A stretch of 54,281 nucleotides of DNA, the filler included, from Sphacelaria rigidula (taxonomy: Eukaryota): assembly GCA_964200075.2 (NCBI GenBank). It is 3 parts of 3 records of this genome, joined end to end, with 100 filler letters (N's around TTAATTAATTAA, not from the genome) between each part and the next. Parts side by side here need not be neighbours in the genome. Positions count along the whole stretch, not along the records: positions 36,258 to 54,281 come from CAXNAA020000933.1; 2 more parts are not named here. One strand, given 5' to 3'. The position numbers and the translations under genes were made by a program. Shown here piece by piece: positions 36,158 through 49,300 of the stretch (position 1 is the stretch's first letter; every line of letters starts with the position of its first letter). The notes beneath the pieces were generated by a model. That model was given only the letters and a program-made list of their open reading frames with translations. It searched no databases and was not told the DNA's origin.

Positions 36158-36257
36158 NNNNNNNNNNNNNNNNNNNNNNNNNNNNNNNNNNNNNNNNNNN
36201 NTTAATTAATTAANNNNNNNNNNNNNNNNNNNNNNNNNNNNNNNNNNNNNNNNNNNN
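36158..36257. other. Artificial scaffold linker N44-TTAATTAATTAA-N44
   Basis: Identical to the first linker; followed by poly-T and poly-C runs. Confidence 0.97.
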
Positions 36258-36322
36258 TTTTTTTTTTTTTCAAGAGAACGACGGAAAAGGGGGTGTGCGG
36301 GGCGGGGGAGTTACGGTGTTCG

Positions 36323-36356
<34 letters not shown>

Positions 36357-36510
36357 CGCGCGCGCCCCTGCCTCTTCCATTGAGTGTTGCCTTAGGTTCC
36401 ATACTGTTTCGAAATTTCCGCACCACCGGTAAAGTCACCTTCCGTTGATAATCACAGAGCGCACTCCGACTAGAGTTGCCCGTGCGAACGTCTTTCGTTG
36501 TCTGGAAAAG

Positions 36511-37344
36511 GTATGCTGTGGTGAGATCCGATCCGATGGAATGCCGATTGAAAACGGCAACACAACCTTCACATCATTGCACACTGGCGACGCGTTAATC
36601 GACGTAACTCGTCTTGCAAGTGGCATTGGCGAACGCGTCGGCGGCACATGGTACCTCTCCCTTGACGGCGAAGCAAGTGAGCGTATTGCGGCGGACTCAA
36701 ATGCCGAGGATGTTCTGATCGCCGTCAACAACCTTACATCTTCCGGGAATGTTACCGTAACTGATGGAGTAGACGGCGACGGACCAAACGGCGAACGGTC
36801 GTGGGTCATCCATTTTCATGACTGGAACAACCCAAACCGTACCGCGACCAACCCAATCGTGACGGTAGGAGACGAAGGTTTGACCGGGACGGCAGTTTTG
36901 GCGACGGTTGATGGTGGGGCATTTGAAGTGTCGCAGTTTTGCCACAAAGCCATCGTGCAAGTATCATCCTCTCTTTCCGCGGGGGAAATCGACGATTGCG
37001 TTTTCACTGCTGGTTGGCAGGGGGGTGCCAGCTATACCGTCCCTCCGTTCGCGTTCGATGCCAACTCGTCGGTGGTTGAAGAAGCACTGGCGTCTATTGA
37101 TGGTGAAGCACTCGGGGAGGTGTGGGTGTCACGAGATGACGAATCTGCAGGTGCAATAGGTGGAATATGGAACATTACGTTCATCGAGAATGCAGAAGGT
37201 CGAACGCCGGAGTTGGGTTGTGGCTCGGACGCTGTAGTGTTACAGCTGGTGAACGCCACCTGCGTGGCTATCGGGGGTAACTTTTCCGTCGGCTTCGACG
37301 GAAATCTTACACAAGATATGTCCTACAGCGCCACAAATTCAGAG
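36511..37344 (+). CDS. Giant protein exon: beta-rich repeats
   Basis: ORF 36445-37380; GGTWYLSLDG...SWVIHF, WNITF; donor GAG|gtacgt. Confidence 0.85.
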
Positions 37345-40300
37345 GTACGTGAACAACTGGTTAGGCGTCGGGCTGACTAGCCTGAAATTGTCCCCGGCAG
37401 CCTTTGACGTATTTTCGCTGCAGCACATGATAGTAAAACCACTCAAAGGGGCATTCTTCGATGGTTAAGTACACTTTCATAACGTGAAACAACCGTTGCG
37501 ATCGTCTGAACAATATCCCCCTCCAAACGCCTGCATGTGGCAGTAACGCGCAAACAACGGTCGCAGCATTGACATCTCATCTACCCTTCCTCCTCTCGCA
37601 TCCTTGAAACTCCCCCCGTACATAGGCTGATCCGAATACTTTTCCTAATTCTAGATTCCTTCCCTCCTATTGGTTTTCATTTCTCATGAAATATCACAGC
37701 GGAGCACAACGGCGAAAGTCCCTCAGAACCCTTTCTCTTCGTGCCTGTTTATGATAGGCGGCAGCGTAGCCCGATCCCAGCCCATTTTTTGTGCTCCCGT
37801 TTGGCACACTTCCAACCCATTTCATTCCTCGGTACAAGTCCGCCTCAAGGAATCGACCTATCTATGTCCGGTACACGCGTTGCGTTTTGATATCGCGGGT
37901 GGTATCAGCACTCCCGCACCGCGTCGGCTCTCAGCGAATAAATTATGTTTGCTACTCACGCTCTCACGTCATTGGCAACGTAAATAAGGTGCTCGTAGGA
38001 ATCAAACCTGTGTTCTTCCGACCTGACGGATCAGAGGTACCATTCGGCCACCGGAACGCGGCGGCTGTTCTCCCTTATTCCTCGTGTTCCTGCCATTTCC
38101 TTGAAACAATTTCCATCAACAGCTGGAGGGAGCGCTAGAAGCTCTATCAAGCATCGATAACGTCTCCGTATCATCCGCTGCCTACGGACCAAACGGAGGG
38201 CGCATGTGGAACGTCACCTTCTCAGGGGCCACGGTAGAAGGCAATGTCCCCCTTCTGAATATCGACACCTCCTTCCTTATCGGCAGCGGTGTAACCGCTG
38301 AAGTCACGGAAACAGTCACTGGAAATCAGCCACGCGGTCGGTTCATGCTGCAAACTGATACGGCCCCTCGAGGTTGGCCAGAACATCGCTCCGGGTGGAT
38401 CGATGTCGGGGCTTCCGCTGCCAGTGTTGAGGCAGCGATTGTCCAGATCCCTGGAATTTCGGCGGTAGACGTCAACGTCAACCTGTCCCTTCCGACCGTC
38501 GGTCCAATAGCTTGGGAGGTTACGTTCGCGCATCGCCAAGTAGCGGTCGGAGATTACTACAGTGATGATAATCTTGGATTCGTTGCCACCGGACAATCTG
38601 GCGATCGCCCGTCACTTCATGTCGTTCGGTGAGTCATTGTTCACAGCAGGCACTTTAGAGACGTATCGCGCGCATTGTATACTTGTCAATGTTCTGGCGT
38701 GCTGTGCATCTCTTTTATACCCATTCGAAACCTCGTTTGGTGCTCGTTTAGTCCTCTTAGTCACCTCTCCTTTCAAATGCGACAGTACTTTGTTGATCAA
38801 ATGTAGCGCTAGGTCGCTGAATCACGGATTGTGACACTCTTTCAACATCGCCCCGACGAAAACGCTTAGCCAGATTGATCGGCTTGATGCCTTGTATACA
38901 TATTCTAAACGAGCTAGGCCGCAGCTGCACGGTGACGGTGTCAGCGCCGCTGCCATAACTCTGCGAGACGGAGAAAGCGCAATCGGCGGTGTATACAAGC
39001 TATACTTGATAAATGATGACGGTGAGTCTAACGCGACGATCGCCGCGGGCGCTTCAGCAGCATTGGTTCAAGAAGCTCTTGTTGAAGTTCTTAGTTTCCC
39101 GACGGAGACAAACGTGACTCGTTCGGGGCCATTGGATGATAGCCTGGCGTACACATGGAGCGTGACGCTGCCAAAGGGCACGAGTGTCTTTGGGAACACG
39201 AGTCAAGATTTCGGAACACTTTCGGTGGAAGGATCCGGACTTTCAGGCGGAGGATCTGTGGTGAATATCACGTTGGTTCGCCCCGGAACTCTACCTCTTG
39301 GAGGAACATTTAATGTTAGCCTCGGTGACGAGCATGAATGGGCTGCTTTGCCGCACAACGCAACGGACGTGGAGGTCGAAGAGGCAATCGAGTCATTCTC
39401 CGTGTCTGGCGGCAACGTGACCGTATCATCATCAGAAGTGCTCACTGAAGGACTCGCCACCATCGGAACGAACGTAACTGACAGGAAGTCTAAGCATTGG
39501 GCTGTGACGTTTGAGTCGTTGATGGCCGCAGGAGATGTACCACTGCTCGAGATCGACGCTTCCAATTTAACGGGGAGTAGCGGGGTGGAACTGTACGCCA
39601 ACGAGACCTTGAAGGGAGTAACCGCCGACATCCAACGTTTATCTATCAACGGATACAACGGGACATTTTCTATGTTCATGAGGCAAGAGGTCAACGCATC
39701 ATCCACCAACAATTCTTCTGCAGATTCATCCATCGTCTCGAGCCCACTCTCATGGGATGCGACTCCTTCGGAGCTTGCAGAAGCTGTGTACGACATCACG
39801 GGGACAAAGGCGTACATCGAACGTTTCCCTTTTTCTGCAGACAGCAATGTTGATGGCGACGGAGGAGGTTATGACTGGTATGTACTCTTTGCGGAAGCCC
39901 TCAACGAGACGTGGGGAAAGCTTCAGCTGAACTCCTCTGGGCTGACCGCAGATGACACATTTCTAGGCGACGATAGTGACCGAATGGCCAACCTGACCCT
40001 CTTCAGAAACTCTACCGCGATCGGCATAGGTGGCGGTTTCATCGTACGCTTCGGTCAAACCTGCAATGAACGTGCTTCTGGGGTGTATTGCTCTGTGATA
40101 GGAACTCCCCAACTACCCTTCGATTCGTCGGCTGCGGAGGTCACGGCGGCATTGATTACCCTACCAGCCGTTGTCGACGCCGCTGTGTATGATAATGGAG
40201 GCAGCACTGAATGGGACGGCATTGCACAACCCGCTCCGGATGATTTCGGTGTGGCTTCAGCGGGGGTGCGATTCCGAGTAACACTATCTAGTGTAGTATT

Positions 40301-43300
40301 CAATGCTTCAGATTCGGCTGTAGCGGAGTATTGGCATCAAACATGGACCGTAGATCGAGCGGCGATAGAATGGAGTGGAGATCTTGCCGTCGGAGGGGAC
40401 CTTCCTCTACTCCACATAAATGTTTCAGGAATGACGGGGTCAAACTCCCGCTCGAGGGTAAGAGAAGTCAGAAAGGGGCTTTCCACGCAGTCCGGAGGGA
40501 CCGTTGCCGTGGAGATTTCCCAAAACGCTGGTCGCGACTATACCTCCAGCGGTGTGACATACGTTTATGAGCCTTTGGTGTCTGTGGATGCTCTTGTTCC
40601 CGACCACGGGCCTGTGCACGGAGGGACTGAGGTGAGAGACCGATTTTACGACTAGGAGCTCATGACAGTCGTAAGTACTAACGATAAGCATCATTCAGAA
40701 TAGCTGGGTAACCTAAGCTTATGTCTTGCCTTTCTAACAGAGCGTGGACTCGGAACTACAATCGTTGCACCTGCCCAGCATGCAAAGTTATGCACAAGGG
40801 GAAAAGCCCGCCGATCTAGTGGGCTCACTTGACGAATGCAAATTCCCACTATTTTGGTTTCATGAAACACAACAAGTACCTTGCACCTTACCCTATGCGT
40901 GCCGCCGGCCCCATCATCTGATCGTTGAATATGACGTCTCCCCATAGGTATTGGTGCTGGGATCAGACTTCCGTCAATCGAGTAGACTCGCTTGTCGGTT
41001 CGGTCCAGCGGGGGTGGATCCACGAATGACCGTTCCGGCAGCGGCCTTCATCAACTCTTCCACCCTTATTTGTATTTCTCCACCGCGCCTCGCGCCTCTG
41101 GGATATCCCGCCAGTGCCTCTGCTGTGGTGGAGGTGGGTCATTTACAGAAATCGAGTTGTGGGATGCAGAACGTTGATCAGTTGTACCAGGTACTGGGTC
41201 TGCGCATCGCTATGAAAGTTTGATGACTTACGCGTAGAATGTTTCTGGTTGAGGGCAGAGCTGCTGTCGCACTAGATTTCACGATATTTGAGGATGAGCT
41301 TCGACTCAACGAGCGCTCCGCTGATGGATGATAGCCGCTTGCGCGCGTTGTCTCGGGGAATTTTCGTTTCGACGGCTTCCTGTACTGTATACCTTAAAAC
41401 GAAACATCATCTTTTTGTTTCCTCTCCTCCATCAATGCCCTCGCTCGATGAAATACAGGTTACCAACAACGCAGGGGTTGGCGGTAGATCAGTCGTTTCG
41501 TCTACATTTTCCCGCTCTGGAATTTCTTTCCAATACGAGGACGCCCCAAAGATCAACAACGTTTTCCCGTATCTCGGACCAGCGTCGGGGAATTTCAGTG
41601 TTCGGATAGCGGGCGGACCCTTCCCTGATACACCAGAGCTGAGGTACTGCGGAAATTGAGTAGTAGGACAAAAGCGGAAGCCATGTCGGGCACGAACGTT
41701 CACCTGACGTTGATGTGACCACCAATCAACGGATCGCCTATTATACCAAGTTCTCCCACGGGTGGATCACCAGTATGTGACAAGCTCGAGAGTCGACCTA
41801 CCTGATAGACTTTGATGTGTTGATACATCGATAAATTAGTTTGTGGTGCTGTCTGACGTGTTCCCCCGTATAGATGCAGCAGAGGTCGCATAATCCTTCC
41901 GACTTACCCTGTTGCATCTAATATGTCTGTGTTGAATTCTCGTGGCAGTAAGTCCCCATCATGTTGGCGTGTCGTCGCTAGAAGATGATGAAATTTTGTG
42001 TAGTATCAGCTTTTTACTGTAGGACCATACCAGAACTGAACAGGGATCGAAACGACCTGTCTCGATATCATGTCAGCTAGTAGGCTCCATGGCTTGTGCA
42101 ATAGCGTGGAAGTTCGGTGAATCGCACCCCGCACCTACCTAAAAAATAATTATGTATTGGTCACCGTATTGCTAAAATGCAGTATGGGCTTGAGCAACCG
42201 TCGCGACGATTAGCTGCTTCACAACATTCAAGCTGACAATCACGGGCAAAATGCACTTCGCTGCACATGGTCATGACCGCGATTGCCGCCCAAAGCCTTC
42301 CTTTCACATGAGCATTCGTTCAGTTGGTACCGGACTGGTTTTGCTCGTTGAACTTCCCCATTGCAGATGCCGGTTCGGTGGCGTCATCGTTGCGGCAACG
42401 AGAACATCACCGTCCGAGTTGCATTGCTACGCACCTGTCCTCGAAGCGGGCTATTATCCTCTCGAGCTGTCGCTGAATGACCAGGACTACACGAATCACC
42501 GGTTCCCGTTCTTGTTCTTCGAAGAACAGGTGCCTCTTCCATGTGGTGGAATTTCTCAGTATTTTCGAGTTGACTCGAATAATTGTTGAGGAGGTTTGTG
42601 CCTCTTCGTATTTCGTTGGTTGCATTTAGAGATGTTGCGTACTTCAGCGTCTCGGAGTTGTAGTGCAATACCTACGAACTTGAAATCATATTTGAGAATT
42701 TCGGTATGCATGAATATATATATATAAGCTAATGGTGAGTATCACAGTATTCCAAAATCACGGTACTTTTAGAGCGTATGCTACAACCCAGGATCAGGGT
42801 CTAATACTGATGGTGCATGTCGGAAAGCGCTCGAAGATGTGCACTTGTGAGGTATTGTTTGGTGTGGCCGTGGCGCGCTTCCTTGCAGTGCACCGTTTTA
42901 CAGCGGAGCAAGGCAATTGCCAGGAGAAATCTTGATGAGTTGAGCAGACGACGTACCCGAGTGGGGCGCTGCATCGCCGTGCTTTTCATTATTCATTCAG
43001 ACGTCACCCGCTGGTGTACAGCTCTATCTGAACCTTCTCTCTTTGAATCTCAGCCCTAAATCCCAACTATAGAGCTTACAATACAGAGCCGCGGAGCCGT
43101 TTTGGCTCGACTGAACACTGGCTATTGTACTGGTTCCGGGACCATTCCTGTTGGTACTTTGTACTGAACCGCACTGGCTCCTACCAGGCTGGTTGACTAC
43201 ATGCCTGAGAATCTCCGTATGAGATCCATGTCCAACACACAATCTGTACAGAAGACAGTACCACACTCTGTGCATGCATCTGGGCGATCCATTCCTTGGC

Positions 43301-46300
43301 CTCGCTTAGGTTGTCCCGATACTTTCGACCACACGAATTGTACTCTTTTGACGCCAGACGCGTTGTAACGCCTAATCCCGTTCCATACCCCACCATTACG
43401 TAGCGATTGATATCATGCTTTCCGAATACTTGACACTCCTATCCGACCAGACATCGATATTCAGTATCCAAACTTGCCACTCACAACTCGGAAAATGTAT
43501 TCGGGCCGTATCTTGCCCCCTGAACTTACGGTCAGCCCTCCTCCATCGATGTTTTCCTTCACCCTGTAACCAGGGCATCTCAAGAATAACACCGGTGTCA
43601 GGCCCCGCCGAGGCAGCAGGAACGCAGGTCACCTTCTTTGGTCAGGGTTTTGTTAACACTACGCTACTCGCTTGCCGATTCGGCTACGCCCCTCCAGTAC
43701 CCGCAGCCTTTATAAGCCCCAACGAGATATCGTGCGAGTCTCCTCCCCTTGTGTATGCACAATCTGGTACTGGGCTGATCAACACTGCAGAGGAGGGGAG
43801 GACGAGTGGACTAGACTGGTCTTCTCTGAGCGAAATCCGCCAGCGGTATGCTGATCCACTAACGGGCTCTATCCAGCTTTTCCCCGGAGCTCATTACTAT
43901 CCGTTGTTCTCACAACGAGCTGTCGGTGTCGAGGTGAGCATGTCGACGTTCGAAGGTTTAGTTGTGTTCACCGAATATAGGTACGATTCATGCGTGTACG
44001 GTCCCGGCCTACCTGACAACGATGTCATTGGTTCGGCTGCGGCGGGTTGACGTTGTGATGGGAACTTCGGAAACATCACAAAGTGAACTCCATGCCCAGT
44101 GTTCGAAGAAACGATAAGAGTTTTTCGGGGGAAAAAGGAGGGAAACGAACAAATGCCTGAAACTTAAAACAGACCGAAAGAGCTACTGTTTCCATGAACG
44201 GTGAGAGTCTACGAACGTTCCTCGCTGGTGACATGCGAATATATAACCTTATTTATCATTTTATTGGTATGCATCAAGCGTGGCAAACCTCGAAGATGCA
44301 GGTGTCGAGGTGCTTGATATGATGGTGCTGCCATATACGTGTCTTGTGCAAACGTGGGCTTTCCCTTTTTTTTCCTGTCTCGCAGGTAACTTGCAACGGA
44401 CAAGACTACACCGACAGAGGTATCGCATTCCTGTACCAGGCGGATGCTTCGGTACACAACATTTCGCTCGCAGGCGGTCTCGATCCCGGAGGCTCCAGCC
44501 TCTTCATAACCGGGGAAAACTTCGTGAACTCCACAAATCTCGCTTGCAGAGTCGGAGGGTACAAAACCGCTGCCACATTCTTGTCTTCGAGTCTTGCGCT
44601 GTGTTTCGTGCCACGCGCCGCGTTTGGCACGGCCTCTATCACACCAGAGGGTCATGAAACGAGCGCAGCTGACAATATGACTGCTCGGGGGCTTGGTCCT
44701 CGGAAGGGGGAAGCGTTTTCACCGACTGCGTGGTTGGGCCCCGAAGATGGCGCCGGCAAGACGTTGTACGTGGAGGTGAGGATCTCAAAGATCAAGCTGT
44801 AGTGTTGAACCGCGGATGGGCAGAAAAAACGTAAATTCCACGACGATACTACAGTTGAGTGAAACTGTCCCTTGGTCTGTCAATAATTATTGCCCCAACT
44901 CGAGGTAACAATCGAGGCACGGGTTTGCCAAATTTGTGTTGACGAAACGCGGGAGCAAGGGGTATACAGCAATCTTGCCAGTTTGGCGCTCTTCTTGTTT
45001 GTGCCCATTTTGGAACGTGTGACATGCTCTTGCAATTTCCTCGTGCCACGCCCTTTTGCCGACACAACTACCTAGGTCCGGCAAAGGTGGGAAGCAAATG
45101 GCCTTCATACTGTGGTGTGTTACTACACTTGGATATCGGAAGATTCTGAAAACAACTCTTTTTGCTCTGACCTTCCCATGCCATCCGCTGCCGCTGCTAA
45201 ATATAACTTTGCACTCCTGATCCTTTCACTCCGCTGTCGTTGCGAAATATTCTTGCAGGTCTCCAATAACGGTCTTGATTTTACCGCGGACCGTGTGACT
45301 TACACGGTGGAGCAATCGTGTCCTGGGGGAAGTTTCTGCTTGGGGCCTGACACCGACTCCATTCTGCCTTGTCCGCAGGTCGATTCATTAACAGTGCATC
45401 AAAACGACTTCGAAAGTTGGTTGAGATACGGCTACAAGCCTCGTACTATTCTTGAGAATGTGGCCTAAAAAAATGGCATGCACTTGACTCTATGCCATAT
45501 TGTCCTGTACCACAATCATTCCCTGAAAGTGACGGATGGAGGCATGTGTCCAAAACTGTCGATGAAAATGGTCAGCTGAAAAAGTTCCGTTTAGAGCACA
45601 TAGAGCAAAACATTCCTTGGCTCTGTGCCTTCTAGCAAAAGCGGGAACGGTGGAGTTGCCCTAGCGTGATTCCGACACTTTTCAGGACCAACGCCTCCGC
45701 TCCACACCCCGCGTTCGGCATCATGTTCAATTCTTCTCGGCGTCATGGAGTAGTTGGTTGGTTTTGAACCGGCAGCCTCTTCATAGACGCTGTGGTCTAT
45801 GCTTAACCCGCATCCGCTACCTTCTCCGACTGCAATATATCTGTTCATCCATGCCTCTTGTTGTATCGGAGGACAAGAGCTCAAGATTTACCATCCATTT
45901 TCGGCGGAAGTTCGGGATCAACGCCGTGGACTTTTAATTTGTTCTTTCTTTGTTCATTTTTGGTCTGTTTTGTGCTTGCATGACTCGCCCGACCAGGGAG
46001 CTTATTGTCCTGGAGACACGAACACAAACTTCACACTGTGCCCAAGAGGTACTTATCAACCTCTAGAGGGCCGCAGCGCATGCTTGAGATGTCCGGTGGG
46101 TTTCCATTGCCCTGACGTGGGCATGCCTGTTCCCAGGGTGTGTCCGGCGGGACGTGTTTGCGATGTAACCGGCATGTCTTTGGCGGATCAGCCCTGTCCC
46201 GAGGGTCACTTTTGCCTTGAAGGAACGGCGACCACAGCCACTACCTGCGGCCACCCAAGGTGCGTGCCGGGTACTGTCCGAGATTATACATTACCGATAT

Positions 46301-49300
46301 ATTATTCGATTGATTGCTTGTCGCACTTTATCTTATCTCACATATTCACGATACGTGTCGTGGTACCATACACTGAAATACTCCCCCCCCCGGTGACTTT
46401 CTTACGTAGGTGTCATCAACACCATGTGTATGCATTTGTCAAATCGAAAGCCTTTTGACGTCATCCCCGGCTGAGCGAAACCGCGCCTGTGTTCACAACA
46501 TGCGGTCACTTCGATCACCTTGGAATATTCGGACATGAACACATATATTCACCACGAGAACATCGAAATGTACGACTGATGTATGATGTGTCATCGCATT
46601 GTATACTGCTTATTCACATTGCGTTGTGATGCAAACGATCATACGTGGACACTACTACAGGAACGGGGACAGTTATCTCAAGTGTCCGTGGAGGGTAATC
46701 ACCTTTCCCCATGACGACACCGCTGAGATGGTATGCCACATCAACAGAAAGTCTTGGGATCGGATCCAGGCTCTCACTATAGCGGCGAAAAGAAAAATAT
46801 CCGAAAAATAAGCGGGCAATAAGTCAGTCTCAAATTTGATGCGGGACAGAGAATGTTTTGGTGACATGCACATAGAATTCTCACGGGAAAGTCTTTCGTG
46901 GAGATTGTTGGGTCGGCAACCCATGACATGCGAGCGACATCTAAAGAACGGTGGACGAGTATCCTCACCGCTAGCCAGCGGAAACGTTACGTCTGCAAGC
47001 CTCTTCTCATCAAAGAACGTATGGATGTGCTTGAGATTGTTGGGTTGGCAACCCATGACATGCGAGCCACATCTAAAGAACGGTGGACGAGTATCCTCAC
47101 CGCTAGCCAGCGGAAACGTTACGTCTGCAAGCCTCTTCTCATCAAAGAACGTATGGATGTACTTATTGAAGAGGAGTTTGATCTGGATTCTACCATATAA
47201 ATGGGAAAATAGCCACAAGTGCCCGTCAAGGACGAGAAACGTTTCACATAGATATGTCAGACACGTGTGATTTATATCATGCATATGTATAAATAATGCG
47301 TACACTAATGGAATACATATGTCGAAAGCACGGCGATTACTCCCACAAGTTTCGACTGCACGAGGTGTGCCTTGCACCGTGCGAAAGTATCTCTTTATTG
47401 CTTCAGTGACAATATTTGCATTTCGGTATTTGCATTGTACACCTTCCCAGAATTTAACGACAATGCTAACGACGTTCTCGGCAAGCACGCGGTGTCACTG
47501 ATCTCAATAATATGTAGTCAGAACTTTGTCAAGGTCGACGAAGGTCGACGAAGATGACAGCCTTTTACTGACGCCGGGCAAATGTTGTCGTCCTCTTTCG
47601 CCCCCTTACAGCCCGAGCTCGAGGCTATTCCCGACCCTGAGTCATGCGGAGCGCACATCAACCCTCAGACCAGGATATGAAGGCTTGGGGAACGATCTCG
47701 TTTTAGGGACGCGGGCCGTGGCATGCTGGAACAACGCCACTGAAGACTTTGGTCTGCAAGTGTCGAATTTGCCTGCAAGGTGAGGCTGTTCACGAGAACC
47801 AAACTATTGTGTTTTTCACGAGGTGGCGCACTTACCGTCAGCACTTTGCAGCCTGACACCTGACAACACATTCTGCGCAGCGCTTCGCTGTATGAAAGGG
47901 CACTCCTTTGAAAGTTATTGTCTCTCTGTAGTAGTGAATATACATCGAAGTAGCATGCTATTTCGGAAACACCTGACGTCAACATCATCAGGCAACAGGC
48001 AACCAGTAAGCTTTAAACATGCTCTTTTGCGCCCTCATAATTGACCATCCAACTGGATATGTCGTTGCTGCGCCGTTCTCCATGACGACTCATTTCCCCA
48101 TGAACGGCTCTCGTTTTGACGCTTCGGTTGCCATGGCCCCGCGGTTCAAACGCCGTCCGCTTTCTGTTTTGGTAGTTGAGTGAGGGGTATAATTCGAAGC
48201 GCATGGTGTAAAGATCGGTTGCCGGCGCAGGAACAATTCTGAATGTTCTCGTCGTCCTGCTTGTTTCAATGGCCAGGTTTTGGATGGAAGCGCACACTAT
48301 GCCTCTCACGTATGACTCGCCATTTTCGCCGCTGAGGGGGCGTTATTGCCTCGACAGTTCGTGCGCAAGGCTTGGGGACGAGGACAACTATAGGTCAGTA
48401 CGCTAAAACGAGTTTGTGCAAAGCGCTGCTGTTTGATTAGGCTGTAAGGTCAGCTAGCTGTTCAGCCATACATTTTCTCTGTCAGCCTATCATTCTACGG
48501 GCCAGTGAAAATGACAATTTGCTGTCTGTTTTGTACTGGTCATGTTTCTATGTTTTCCCCTGTGGCACTGGCGAATGCGGACCAGAGGCGTAGAGTATAA
48601 TGTCTGGCCAGTACGGTACTGGTTGGGACAAGGATAATTGACGACAAATAGGTATTGTGGGGCAAAAATCAGAGACACATCAAACGTACATCACCGGTCG
48701 CCCCTGTGGCTCAGTTGGTAACCTCAAAACCTTCTGACGGCCGGGTCGTGGGTTCGAATCTCGGTGAAGCTACACGATCTGAGTTTTTTCGCACACCATG
48801 CGTCCAACAGTGAAGATCGGCTATGTCGTGGGTACACAAAATTCGATTTCCCGGTCGACGAAGCGAAGGAACCGCTGAACCTCTCTCACGATAGAAATAA
48901 AGCAAGCACCGCAGAAGGAAGGTGAAATTCCCCATTAAAAGAAAGGATCCCTGTGCTGGTCTTCCTCCCGTGTGGCCCCGGTGTGCCCACATACCCCGAG
49001 TGGTGTAAGCTGGCGTCCAGAACAGATGGGATGACAGCACACACACATCAGAATACCTTGGATTTTGCCGATATACGCCGTCAACTCCAATCCCGATCCC
49101 CGTTGTTCATGTTTCTATATTTCGTCCTTTCCTCGTAACAGGGTAGCCGATGCTTCAGGATTTGACTACTCGTCATACCGTTTGCGACGACCCGTTCCTT
49201 GTCCTGCGGGAACGTATTGCCACCCTGGTTCAGCTTCCAAGGATATCGGTTTGGCCAACTTTTCAATGGCGCAGCCTTGCATTGAGGTGCGTTGTATCGC

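Noticed and set aside
36258-36356. Poly-T / poly-C tracts (and poly-G at ~50320-50350) as G-quadruplex elements
   Set aside because: Homopolymers at contig ends are typical assembly breakpoints with unreliable lengths.
48699-48772. Functional tRNA gene
   Set aside because: A and B boxes are present, but acceptor and anticodon stems pair poorly and it continues into a SINE body.
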